Positions 30,881 through 40,581 of a DNA stretch of 64,000 nucleotides are shown in pieces. A program made the translations under genes and the position numbers. The notes under the pieces were generated by a model. It had not been told where the DNA came from. It was given only the letters and a program-made list of their open reading frames with translations, and made no database searches. The stretch's first letter is position 1, and each line of letters starts with the position of its first letter. This DNA comes from a virus. The stretch lies in the IMG/VR virus record IMGVR_UViG_3300044620_001904, positions 1-64,000 of that record; one strand, given 5' to 3'.

Positions 30881-32116
30881 TTAAACTGTCGGTTCATCCT
30901 CATCATCATCATAGTCTTCGTCACCAAACATTCCTCTCTTGTTTTGTTCTTTAAGCTCCTCAACAATTTCATCAACCATAAATTGTAAAGCTTGTTTACC
31001 TTTAGGATTATCAGATAAAATAAATTGAGTTAGTTTGAAAAACTTTTTTGGATCCAAGGCTGAAAATCTTTGGAATAGATAATGTTGAATATATTTTTTA
31101 TCCTCTTCAAATAATTCGTCGGGGTAAGCGGCGGTGAATTTTTCCCAAAAAATCGGACCTAATCTTAGATCCCAAATTTCTGCAGGTAATGTATCTTGTG
31201 ACGCAATTACCATTTCAGCTTGACGAGGATCATCAGGTAATCCGTGAGTTCCTAACACCTCGAAAACACCTTTAACTAATTCGTGTAGTAAAATTGGAAA
31301 AGAAATACCTCTAGCTATAACAGTCGGTGGATCAGTTTCTGTGTCTATTTCAGATTGTCCCGCTTGTCCTGAACCACCTGCGGCCATCATAGATGACATA
31401 TCTTCGGGATAAATCCAATATAGGTGGTCTAAAATTGATTGAGACATACCGTATAATCTAATTAGCTCAGGGTGAATTCTATTTAATTCATCCGCTACTA
31501 ATTGATACATATAGTGACCCTTTTTTGATGCTCCACCAATTAAAGCGTTAATAAACCTTCTTTTTGCTTTTTGTTGGTCAAATTGTTCCATAGCATCCAT
31601 AAAGGCCTCTAATTCGTCAGCGTTTTCGTTAGCACTTGCAAAAGCGTCCTTAATTTCTTCAGGTGAAGGTTCTTCAGGTGACCCTTGCATGCCTTCAGAC
31701 GCTCCCATCATCCCTGAAACTAATTGTGCGTCAAATTGTAAAGATCCTTCAGGTATTGCTAATTCCTTTTTAACAAGTTCTACCGCCAAATTTTCCAAAA
31801 ATTCTTTATTATTGGATTCAATTTGAGATATTTTTGGAAATAATCTCATTGCAGATTGCATCAATCCCATGAGAACTCTTTGTGGAGGTCCTTGTATTGA
31901 TGATGTATCACCCATAAATCTTCTTACATTTTCTACAGATTGTTTAAACCTCTGAGAGGAAATTAACTCAACAACATCTCTGTCTAATTTAGGAAGTCCA
32001 GGGTGACCTGCGTAAGGAGTAGTTTTAGATGTAATTTTTCTTTCTATACTTGGATCCATTCTCTCTGGACCTTCGTAATCAATTGGTGCTTCTTTGATTG
32101 TTCTATATTTTGCCAT
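30881..32116 (-). CDS. Hypothetical protein (head module)
   Basis: 411-aa ORF containing LLHELVKG. Confidence 0.55.
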   Translation of the reverse strand: MAKYRTIKEAPIDYEGPERMDPSIERKITSKTTPYAGHPGLPKLDRDVVELISSQRFKQSVENVRRFMGDTSSIQGPPQRVLMGLMQSAMRLFPKISQIESNNKEFLENLAVELVKKELAIPEGSLQFDAQLVSGMMGASEGMQGSPEEPSPEEIKDAFASANENADELEAFMDAMEQFDQQKAKRRFINALIGGASKKGHYMYQLVADELNRIHPELIRLYGMSQSILDHLYWIYPEDMSSMMAAGGSGQAGQSEIDTETDPPTVIARGISFPILLHELVKGVFEVLGTHGLPDDPRQAEMVIASQDTLPAEIWDLRLGPIFWEKFTAAYPDELFEEDKKYIQHYLFQRFSALDPKKFFKLTQFILSDNPKGKQALQFMVDEIVEELKEQNKRGMFGDEDYDDDEDEPTV

Positions 32117-32125
32117 AACTATTAA

Positions 32126-32914
32126 TTAAAAATTAAGACCAAGATTATCCCACTTTAACCATGTCGGTACTGATTTTTTTCCCGCTTTAGGTCTTGGGTT
32201 CACACCTGGTTTTGGACTAAATGGTGTTTTAGGTTTAGTAGTTGGTGTTTTTGGTTTTACTATCGGCTCTGCAGTTTCTTGCTCATTTGTTTCCTTTTTT
32301 GACTTAGCTTTTGGATTTGGTTTAACTCCAGGTTTAGGACTAAATGGCGTTTTTGGTTTAACCTTTTCCTTTTCTTTTTCCTTTGGTTTTGCTGGTGCGG
32401 TTTCCGTTTCAGAAATCATTTGTAAAAATTCTCCTTTTGTTATTTTTGGTTGAATGTGTTTTTCAAGCAAAGATATGATTTTTTCTTCTAAAAACAAATT
32501 TACGGGATCTTTTCCCTCTTTAATTGATTTTTTAACATCCATAACACATCTCTCATACTTTTTCTTATCTTTTCTACCAACAGATGCGGTGCAGATAGCC
32601 CAAGGATTATATTTTTTTGATTTCTTTTTACCTTCTTTCATTTCACCCTCATTTGGCGTTGCTGACATAGTACCATCAGTATTTTTTGTCATCGAATACC
32701 CTTTAGGTGATGAAGGTAAATTTCCACCTTTAGGTCCTATTTTATAGGAAGGTTTAGACGGTTCAGTGATTTGAGTGACCTGCTCTTTAGGTTCTTTCTT
32801 TCCTTCGTTTAGTTTGTTATATAACAATCTTAATTGAGATTCAGTTAAATTTGCTAATGTTTCTGCTTTAAGTCCCATGTCAATTAATTTAAATGCTAAT
32901 TTATTCTTTTTCAT
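32126..32914 (-). CDS. Lys/Pro-rich hypothetical head protein
   Basis: Repeated KPKTPFSPKPGV; NPWAICTASVG...YERCV motif. Confidence 0.55.
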   Translation of the reverse strand: MKKNKLAFKLIDMGLKAETLANLTESQLRLLYNKLNEGKKEPKEQVTQITEPSKPSYKIGPKGGNLPSSPKGYSMTKNTDGTMSATPNEGEMKEGKKKSKKYNPWAICTASVGRKDKKKYERCVMDVKKSIKEGKDPVNLFLEEKIISLLEKHIQPKITKGEFLQMISETETAPAKPKEKEKEKVKPKTPFSPKPGVKPNPKAKSKKETNEQETAEPIVKPKTPTTKPKTPFSPKPGVNPRPKAGKKSVPTWLKWDNLGLNF

Positions 32915-33314
32915 AAACAACTTGTTTATCAAATTCTAATACTATATCTCTTTCATATAGTTTATTTTTTATTGTTTTTTCATCCTCACCAAACCTGAAT
33001 ACTAATCTTTTTTCAATGTCAAAATTAACATCGGAATCTTCACTTTCCCAAGCCAATGCGATCACGTCATCTAACGCATCGGTCATAGAAAAAAAATCGG
33101 AGTCCTGAATTAACGACAATTTAACTTCGTCATTTTTTAGAACTCCAACCTTTCTAATAAGTTCTATGTCAGGTGGTAAAGGGTTTCCGTTTGATGGTTT
33201 TGATTCCCAACTTTCATCCCAAACATCATCTTTAACATCAGAGAAAATAAATTCATAGATGTTGTCACCCTTATAATTCGGACCTAAACCATTAACATAA
33301 ATTAGATAACTCAT
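32901..33314 (-). CDS. Hypothetical protein
   Basis: Overlapping operonic ORF. Confidence 0.55.
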   Translation of the reverse strand: MSYLIYVNGLGPNYKGDNIYEFIFSDVKDDVWDESWESKPSNGNPLPPDIELIRKVGVLKNDEVKLSLIQDSDFFSMTDALDDVIALAWESEDSDVNFDIEKRLVFRFGEDEKTIKNKLYERDIVLEFDKQVVYEKE

Positions 33315-34735
33315 AGAATCGCTCCGTCAGGTGTTATTTTATATTGTTTTCCATTAACTTCAAAAACCAAATTTTTCTTATTTGTTTTTCCGACAAATGA
33401 AGCTTTTGAATATCTATCTAAAAATTTGGATGATGTTGATTCTTGAATATAAGTTTCTGAAAGATTTTTAACTTCTCTCATCGTTTTAATTTTTTTTGCT
33501 TTTTCGGTTAAAAATTTTCTTTTATTTTGTTCTTGCAAATATTTTTTTTCCGATTCAGTTTCAACAAAATAAGATTTTATAATACTATCAACTTTTGATT
33601 CTGAAAAAATGTCATCAAATACACCACCTAATCCTTCAATCTCATCTTCTTCCATCATTTCACCCATCTTATTTTTGATTTCATTTGAAAACCTTCTTTT
33701 AACATAGTTGTTGAAATTCATCTCTTTTGTTTCTGATTTTGGTTTATCACTAAATCCTAAATCATATTTACCACCAATTAAACCTTCGTATTGCTCTTCA
33801 GTGTCATCTTCATACATTTCCATTTCAGGTAATTGTTCCTCAGACCCTTCCAATCCATCTTCAGGTTGGTCAATTTCCATATCATCTGATGGTTCTTCCA
33901 TTTCAGGTTCTTCATCAGATTGCATTTCAGAATCTTCTAATCTACCGATAATTTCTTCCATATCTTCATCAGATAGAACAGACAAATCAAGCGCTGATAA
34001 AATAGAATTAATAACATATTTTGTATCATCGGCAGAAATTGGCTCATCACCTTGATTTAATTTCCTTAATTTTTGACCCAATTTACCTGTTAATTTTTGA
34101 ATTGTTTTAAACGTAACAGTTCCTTCTCCATCAGTTTCGTCTTCAGATTTAGAACCCATATCGGGTTCATCCATTGATAACTCGTCGTCCGGCATTTCTT
34201 CATCTGACGGTTCTTGCATTTGATCGTCCATCGGTGGAACTTCTGATTCAGCACCAGGAGCTGGTGGTAAATCTTCAGGTACCGGGGCAGAAGGTGTTTC
34301 AGCCGGAGCTGGTGATGGTTCAGGCATAGGAGCTGGAATATCAGGCATTTCGGGTTTTGGAGTTTTTAAAACAAACTTTTTTTGTTCTCCAAACAAAGAA
34401 ACCCCACCGTCATTTCCTGTTGCGGTATTTATTTCTTTTGCAATTAAATTCAATCGTTTAAATGCTTGAGAATATGATGAATAATATTTCCTATTTTTCA
34501 TAGGCTCTAAATATTCAGTAACACCTTCACTAAGGGTTCTTTTTATTACGTATCCATTTTTTTCCTTATCAATACGATATACATTACCATCAGTTAATTG
34601 AATTGAATACTCGTTTGAAGTGTTTTCATTAACAGAATTTGGTTCAGCAAATCTATATTTGGATATTTCCAAAATTCGTGCGATTTTATCCTGACCTTCC
34701 AATTTTTCACTTCCTATCGGTTTTAATTTTCCCAT
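33311..34735 (-). CDS. Acidic/Pro-rich hypothetical head protein
   Basis: Late promoter; low-complexity linkers. Confidence 0.55.
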   Translation of the reverse strand: MGKLKPIGSEKLEGQDKIARILEISKYRFAEPNSVNENTSNEYSIQLTDGNVYRIDKEKNGYVIKRTLSEGVTEYLEPMKNRKYYSSYSQAFKRLNLIAKEINTATGNDGGVSLFGEQKKFVLKTPKPEMPDIPAPMPEPSPAPAETPSAPVPEDLPPAPGAESEVPPMDDQMQEPSDEEMPDDELSMDEPDMGSKSEDETDGEGTVTFKTIQKLTGKLGQKLRKLNQGDEPISADDTKYVINSILSALDLSVLSDEDMEEIIGRLEDSEMQSDEEPEMEEPSDDMEIDQPEDGLEGSEEQLPEMEMYEDDTEEQYEGLIGGKYDLGFSDKPKSETKEMNFNNYVKRRFSNEIKNKMGEMMEEDEIEGLGGVFDDIFSESKVDSIIKSYFVETESEKKYLQEQNKRKFLTEKAKKIKTMREVKNLSETYIQESTSSKFLDRYSKASFVGKTNKKNLVFEVNGKQYKITPDGAIL

Positions 34736-34808
34736 TTTGTTTTTTTTAAAAAAAAGTTGATAATCCTTTTAGATTTTTTAATATAAATATATCGTTGTTA
34801 TCAATTAT

Positions 34809-36773
34809 TTAGTTTGACCTATCATATTGATCTAAAAATTGTTTCGCATACCTTATTCTTTTTGACATATTAGCTTCAAATATACCCATACGTTCATATT
34901 TTCTCGCAAATGTTTTAACCATATCTTTAAGATTATCTTGATTTATAAAATCATTATATGCACTTTTTTCTGTAGTTTGTAATTCCTCCCAAATAAATTC
35001 CAATTGACCAATTGGATTTGATAATTCATACCCTTTTGATTGCATAAATTGTTTCAAACTATCAAAACGTGTTTTATACCATTGAGCGAGTCCGAAAGCT
35101 TTTGACCTTTTATTTACCGCTGATGGATTTAGATTTGATTCCTGAAACAAATTTCCAGCAATTGCCGCAGAATGTTCTTTAGTTAATCCTTTTTTAACGA
35201 AAAAGGAAATGACTTGATTAGAATTTATAGGGCCTGTTTGAGGTATTTCATTATAATCAATTTCCTCTTCATATTCTATTTGAGATAGATCACTTTGCTC
35301 AAAACCTTTCAAAAGTAACAAGACATACAATTTTTTTAAGTCATCAGGCGCCGCAACGCCAGTTGCCGAAATATTGTTATTTTCTTGAAATACTTTAACA
35401 GCTCTTTGCGTTTCTGGCCCGAACAATCCGTCAACACCCCATCTAGGTAATGAATATCCCAAAAATTGCAAAGCTATCTGTAATTTTTCAACCTCAGGTT
35501 GATAAGGAATTTTTTTTCCTTGTAATTTTTCGTATTTAAATTGTTTTGCTGAGTTTGCAATATCTTTGAATTCATTCATAAATTTGGATCTTTCCGCTTG
35601 ATCCATTAATTTTTGTAACTTGTCTGATTGAATTCCTTGACTTGAACTAACTGGACTTTTTTTACCTATTTGTAAATGGAAGTGTGGCGCGGTGGCGTGT
35701 TTTGAAGGTCTTGAATATTCGTCTATATAAGTAAATTCTGAATTTTTTTTCTTGTATTCATCCATCACTTTAATAAATTTATTTCTTTCTGATGGGGGAT
35801 CCACAGTTAAGTCAATTGCCAATCCTTTAGGATGTTTGCTATTCATTCCTTGGTGGTATTTATCATTACCACCAGTTACTCTAACCTTGGCATTTGGACT
35901 TACTTGTTTAAAAGCGGTCAATATCTCAGAAACAGCTGTTGATATTTCCTTACTTATTTCACCACCACTGGTTATTTCAGATCCTTTTTCTTCATACCCT
36001 AAATTATCTAGTGTTGATCTTAATTGTGATGAGCTTTCTGATAATGATAATTCTTTATCAACCTTTTTTGTTTTGAAATCGAACAATTTCTCGATATGCC
36101 CACTTCTTCTCAAGTATTTGAATACAAGATTTTCATATGACATCTCACCTTTTTTTTCTAAACCTGATTTGCGATATTGCTTTAATTTATCTTTTAATTT
36201 ATCAATAATTTTCTTTGATTTTTGAAGGTCTTCTTCTTCGTTTGCATCATTTAAAACAGTATCTATTTTTGATGCCCATTGGTCAATTTTAGTTTTCAAA
36301 ATTGATTTATTAACTTCAAATTTTTCTTTTTTTGGTTTTTCCAACCATTCGTTTTTTATTAACGAATAAACTCCAGTTGATGTGTGCTCTTCATTTTCAT
36401 CTTGAACATATAATTCAACGTCATATCCATATATTTTTATGTTTTGGTCAGAATTAAATATTGTTTTTTTTAATGTGAAAAGTTCCTTATATAAATCAAT
36501 TTGTTTTTTTGAAAATTGATTAAAATCAGCAATGATGTGTAAGTCAAAATCCGAATACTGTGACCAATTATAATTCGCTAAAGATCCGGTAAGATGAACA
36601 TCAGAAACAATAATATCAACCTTTAAAAATTGAATAAATTCATATGCAATCTCCAAAAGTTTTTCTCTAACCTTTGCGGATAAAACATAACTATTTTCAG
36701 CCGTTTTTTTCCAAATCTTTGAATTTAAATTATCTTGTAACTCAAAACTTTTAAGAATATTACTAGTTTCCAT
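34809..36773 (-). CDS. Multidomain protein: Pol-beta nucleotidyltransferase, M15-like peptidase, peptidoglycan-binding domain, phage tail lysozyme
   Basis: LTGSLANYNW...SDFDLH; SKHPKGLAIDL...HFH; GVDGLFGPETQRAVKVFQ; AIAGNLFQES...GLAQW. Confidence 0.75.
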   Translation of the reverse strand: METSNILKSFELQDNLNSKIWKKTAENSYVLSAKVREKLLEIAYEFIQFLKVDIIVSDVHLTGSLANYNWSQYSDFDLHIIADFNQFSKKQIDLYKELFTLKKTIFNSDQNIKIYGYDVELYVQDENEEHTSTGVYSLIKNEWLEKPKKEKFEVNKSILKTKIDQWASKIDTVLNDANEEEDLQKSKKIIDKLKDKLKQYRKSGLEKKGEMSYENLVFKYLRRSGHIEKLFDFKTKKVDKELSLSESSSQLRSTLDNLGYEEKGSEITSGGEISKEISTAVSEILTAFKQVSPNAKVRVTGGNDKYHQGMNSKHPKGLAIDLTVDPPSERNKFIKVMDEYKKKNSEFTYIDEYSRPSKHATAPHFHLQIGKKSPVSSSQGIQSDKLQKLMDQAERSKFMNEFKDIANSAKQFKYEKLQGKKIPYQPEVEKLQIALQFLGYSLPRWGVDGLFGPETQRAVKVFQENNNISATGVAAPDDLKKLYVLLLLKGFEQSDLSQIEYEEEIDYNEIPQTGPINSNQVISFFVKKGLTKEHSAAIAGNLFQESNLNPSAVNKRSKAFGLAQWYKTRFDSLKQFMQSKGYELSNPIGQLEFIWEELQTTEKSAYNDFINQDNLKDMVKTFARKYERMGIFEANMSKRIRYAKQFLDQYDRSN

Positions 36774-36793
36774 TAATAGTAAATATCCTTTAT

Positions 36794-37036
36794 TTATGAT
36801 TTTTTATAAGGATATGATTTTGCTATTTTTGAACTAAAGAATTTTCCTTGAGATTCAGACATTCTAAACTGAGTATATATTTGATGTGGTACATTTTCAT
36901 AGATATATTTTAAATCATTATTGAATGTAACCTCTAACAATTTGGTTTCAGTGTCATATTCAGTGTGTTTGATATTAGATGACTGAATGTCATTTATAAT
37001 TTTTGTTCCTTTAATTTCTTCTTTTATAATTGCCAT
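36794..37036 (-). CDS. KTSC domain protein
   Basis: SSNIKHTEYD...LEVTF...Y.YENVP...ESQGKFF. Confidence 0.85.
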   Translation of the reverse strand: MAIIKEEIKGTKIINDIQSSNIKHTEYDTETKLLEVTFNNDLKYIYENVPHQIYTQFRMSESQGKFFSSKIAKSYPYKKS

Positions 37037-37114
37037 AATTTTTTTGCAATAAAAATAAATATGACATAAAAAAAGAAAACCCCTCTTTTTGGGGAGGGGT
37101 CTTGTTTTAAAGTT

Positions 37115-37498
37115 TTAAAGTAAAGAAATTTTCTTTCGGACTTCCTTTTCACTTGGAGTCGGTATAAAAATGGCTAAAATACCGTCCTCAATTGTTGCTT
37201 CAAGTTTAGAAGTATCAACTTTATTTCCTAAATCATAAATTTTATGGAAAACCTTAGTTTTTTCACCATTTGATGTTTTATAAACCCTTTTTCCGTCAAT
37301 GGTTAGTTTAGAACCCTCAACCTCTACTTTAAGATTTGATTTGTTAAAACCTGGCACTTCAAAAATTTGATAAAAACCATCCTCTGTTTTATAAAATTCA
37401 TAATCCGTAGAAAAATAATTTTTACGTGTCGATTCAAAAAATTCTTTTGATAAGTCCTCAAAAGTTGTTGGTGTGAATAAAGAAATTGTGTTAAACAT
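37115..37498 (-). CDS. Hsp20 small heat-shock protein
   Basis: EVPGFNKSNLKVEV, LTIDGKR and ATIEDGILAIFIP motifs. Confidence 0.85.
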   Translation of the reverse strand: MFNTISLFTPTTFEDLSKEFFESTRKNYFSTDYEFYKTEDGFYQIFEVPGFNKSNLKVEVEGSKLTIDGKRVYKTSNGEKTKVFHKIYDLGNKVDTSKLEATIEDGILAIFIPTPSEKEVRKKISLL

Positions 37499-37565
37499 AT
37501 TTTATAATAATTTAAAAGTTTATTTTGATAAACCGATTAGCAATATCTGTACCAAAATTAAAAAC

Positions 37566-37600
37566 TGACAAAATGTCATATATGACCTGACAAATTGACA
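37566..37600. promoter_or_regulatory. TGACA-N3-TGTCA palindrome plus TGACA-N3-TGACA repeat between the divergent hsp20 and clpC genes
   Basis: tgacaaaatgtca...tgacaaattgaca read directly. Confidence 0.5.
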
Positions 37601-37649
37601 CTGTTGAATTTATAAATCATATTACTATATTTTATAAAAAATTGTAATT

Positions 37650-39689
37650 ATGAACGAGACAATGGATGACGGACCGTCACAAAGAAAAAAATCTGAAAAC
37701 GATCACGGTACTCCTGTACTAGATAACTTTTCAAAAGATTTAATAAAATACGCAGAAGAAGGTAAATTAGACCCTGTTATTGGTAGAGATAAAGAAATTT
37801 TGAGAATCGCTCAAATTTTATCCCGAAGAAAAAAAAATAACCCCATTATAATTGGTGAGCCTGGTTGCGGAAAGACCGCAATTGTAGAGGGTTTAGCCAT
37901 GAAAATTCAACAAGGTGAATGTCCGAGAAATTTATTAGATAAAAGGATTGTTCTTTTGGACATGACATCAATTGTTGCCGGAACAAAATATCGTGGTCAA
38001 TTTGAAGAAAGGATGAAAGTTATAATCGAAGAACTTCAATCGCATCCAAATATTATTGTTTTTATTGATGAAATACATACAATAGTCGGCGCGGGTAATT
38101 CGTCAGGATCAATGGACGCATCAAACATATTTAAACCGGCATTGGCAAGAGGTGAAATACAGTGCATAGGTGCTACCACACTAGATGAATATCGCAAAAA
38201 CTTTGAGAAAGATGGAGCTTTGGAAAGAAGGTTTCAAAAAGTCATAGTAGATCCATCAACAAAAGAAGAAACATTACAAATTCTACGAAATTCAAAATCA
38301 AAATACGAAGAATATCACAAAGTGATTTTTTCTGACGAAGTTTTAACATTATGTGTTGATTTGGCAGATAGATATATAACTGACAGAGAATTTCCTGACA
38401 AAGCGTTTGATATTATTGATGAAGTAGGGGCAAGAAGTCAAGTTGATGTAAAGATGCCAGAATCAATAGAAAAGTTAAAACAAGAGGCTGCAGATATCAA
38501 ACAATTAAAAATAGATGTTGTCAAAAGACAAAATTACGAACAAGCTGCAGAATTGAGAGATAAAGAAAAAAAGGTTTTAAATAGACTAACCATTGAGAAA
38601 CAAAAATTTGAGGAGGAAATGAACATAAATAAAAAAAATGTTCAAATTGAGTTGGTTTATGAGGTGGTTTCCAATATGACAAAAATTCCTGTTGGAAAAT
38701 TAAACATTGATGACACCAAATCACTTATTAATTTGGAATCAATGATTGAAAGTAAAGTTATTGGTCAAACTGAAGCGGTGAGCAAAATCTCAAAAGCTAT
38801 TAGAAGAAATAGATTAGGAATTAAAGATCCAAATAGACCAATAGGGTCTTTTATCTTCCTAGGTAGTACTGGGGTGGGTAAAACACATTTGGCAAAACAA
38901 TTGGCAAGAGAAATTTTCGGAAGCGAAGATTCATTAATTAGGGTTGATATGTCCGAGTTTCAGGAAAAACATTCAATATCAAGACTAATAGGGTCACCTC
39001 CCGGTTATGTTGGTTATGATGAAGGTGGTCAATTAACAGAACAAGTTAAAAACAAACCATATTCTGTTGTTTTATTTGATGAAATTGAGAAGGCAAATAA
39101 AGACGTATTCTCAACTTTACTTCAAGTTTTAGACGATGGACATTTGACTGATGGACTCGGTCGTAAAATCAACTTTAAAAATTGTTTGATAATTATGACA
39201 TCCAATCTTGGTGTAAAAAAAATACAAGATTTTGGAACAGGTATAGGTTTTCAAAAAAAGGATTATATTGTTGAAGAACAAAAAAGGGATACACTAAAAA
39301 AAGAATTACAGAAATTTTTTGCACCTGAATTTTTAAACCGTATTGATGACATTATCGTATTTAACACGTTAAAAGAAGAACACGTTAAAGAAATTGTCAA
39401 AATTGAAATAGAAAAATTAAAAAGTAGATTATCCAAGATAAAATACAACCTATCATTTGATGATACAATTATTGATATGATATCAAAAGTTGGTTTTGAT
39501 GAAATGTATGGCGCTCGGCCTCTAAAAAGAGCAATACAAGATAAAATTGAGGATCATATTTCAGAAGAGGTTTTAAAAGGAAATATTTTAACAGATATCC
39601 AATATCTTGTTAAATCTGAAGATGATGAAATAAAAATTATTGAAGAAAAAAAACCAAAAAGGGGTAAATCAAAAAAGGAGGGTGAATAA
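37650..39689 (+). CDS. clpC: ClpC-type AAA+ unfoldase lacking the N-terminal domain
   Basis: Two AAA modules (GEPGCGKT, GSTGVGKT), UVR-type middle domain NYEQAAELRD, ClpP-docking GIGF loop; starts just before TPVLDNF. Confidence 0.88.
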   Translation: MNETMDDGPSQRKKSENDHGTPVLDNFSKDLIKYAEEGKLDPVIGRDKEILRIAQILSRRKKNNPIIIGEPGCGKTAIVEGLAMKIQQGECPRNLLDKRIVLLDMTSIVAGTKYRGQFEERMKVIIEELQSHPNIIVFIDEIHTIVGAGNSSGSMDASNIFKPALARGEIQCIGATTLDEYRKNFEKDGALERRFQKVIVDPSTKEETLQILRNSKSKYEEYHKVIFSDEVLTLCVDLADRYITDREFPDKAFDIIDEVGARSQVDVKMPESIEKLKQEAADIKQLKIDVVKRQNYEQAAELRDKEKKVLNRLTIEKQKFEEEMNINKKNVQIELVYEVVSNMTKIPVGKLNIDDTKSLINLESMIESKVIGQTEAVSKISKAIRRNRLGIKDPNRPIGSFIFLGSTGVGKTHLAKQLAREIFGSEDSLIRVDMSEFQEKHSISRLIGSPPGYVGYDEGGQLTEQVKNKPYSVVLFDEIEKANKDVFSTLLQVLDDGHLTDGLGRKINFKNCLIIMTSNLGVKKIQDFGTGIGFQKKDYIVEEQKRDTLKKELQKFFAPEFLNRIDDIIVFNTLKEEHVKEIVKIEIEKLKSRLSKIKYNLSFDDTIIDMISKVGFDEMYGARPLKRAIQDKIEDHISEEVLKGNILTDIQYLVKSEDDEIKIIEEKKPKRGKSKKEGE

Positions 39690-39702
39690 CCCTCCTTTTT
39701 TT
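39672..39702. terminator. Bidirectional terminator
   Basis: AAAAAGGAGGGT-GAATA-ACCCTCCTTTTTTT between convergent genes. Confidence 0.8.
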
Positions 39703-39707
39703 AAAAT

Positions 39708-40541
39708 TTAAAATGGACTATAAAACCTATCAGGTTTTTCCATTTTGAACCTGTATTTTTGATTTCCAAGTCTTTCTATCATTTTCTTGCCGACCTCAAT
39801 ACCGTTATATACATCCTCTACAACAACATATTCATTTTTAGTATGATAATCATAATATCCTATAGAAATATTTATGCAAGAAAAATCAAATAATTCCTTC
39901 AGTGCGTATACATCAGTATATGGGTGTGAAAAATAAGTTAACTTAGATGGAAATGATTCAACCAAAACTTTATTACATTTTGAAAAAAAATCTGAATCTC
40001 TTTCAAAAAGGACTGTACCAAAACATCTTTCGGTTATCATCCAATTTTCAGGGGCATCAAACTGAATAGCATACCCTACATTACTAAAAAAAGACACATC
40101 GGCTTTCCTTGAGCCGTGACATCCAGTTTCTTCTGAAACAAAAAACGCAGCCTTTAAAAAGGGTAGTTCTTTTAATAGTTCTAAACACGCATACACGCCA
40201 CATTTATCATCTCCACCTATCCCTGTCGGATTTCCACTGTTATTGTAAGCTTTTAGTGATAATTTATATTCACCTTGAGCATTTAGTTTTTGTTCTTCAA
40301 CAACATTAATTGTGTCTATGTCATGAACAGTGTCTGTGTGTGATACAACGCAAGGGAAATAAAAATCATCATCAATATGTCCGCTTGTTTTTGTTGCATA
40401 AACATTCATATGATTATCAACCACATAATCAATTTTATTTTCGGCAAGCCAATTTACAATAAATTGAACCATCCTCTCTTCATTATAGGTTTTTGATGGT
40501 ACCGATAATACGTCCTTTAATAATTGATAGTTTCTTTCCAT
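39708..40541 (-). CDS. M20/M28 family metallopeptidase
   Basis: SHTDTVH, GGDDKCG, EETGC and GYYDYHT..E motifs. Confidence 0.85.
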   Translation of the reverse strand: MERNYQLLKDVLSVPSKTYNEERMVQFIVNWLAENKIDYVVDNHMNVYATKTSGHIDDDFYFPCVVSHTDTVHDIDTINVVEEQKLNAQGEYKLSLKAYNNSGNPTGIGGDDKCGVYACLELLKELPFLKAAFFVSEETGCHGSRKADVSFFSNVGYAIQFDAPENWMITERCFGTVLFERDSDFFSKCNKVLVESFPSKLTYFSHPYTDVYALKELFDFSCINISIGYYDYHTKNEYVVVEDVYNGIEVGKKMIERLGNQKYRFKMEKPDRFYSPF

Positions 40542-40581
40542 TTCACAAATTTAGTAAATATTTGTGACAAAAAAAAGTTTT

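Noticed and set aside
34809-36773. CCA-adding enzyme for the mostly CCA-less tRNAs
   Set aside because: No class II CCA-enzyme motifs (GGxVRD, RRD) were seen; host CCA addition is the simpler explanation
37650-39689. ClpB
   Set aside because: The short UVR-type middle domain and IGF loop indicate ClpC
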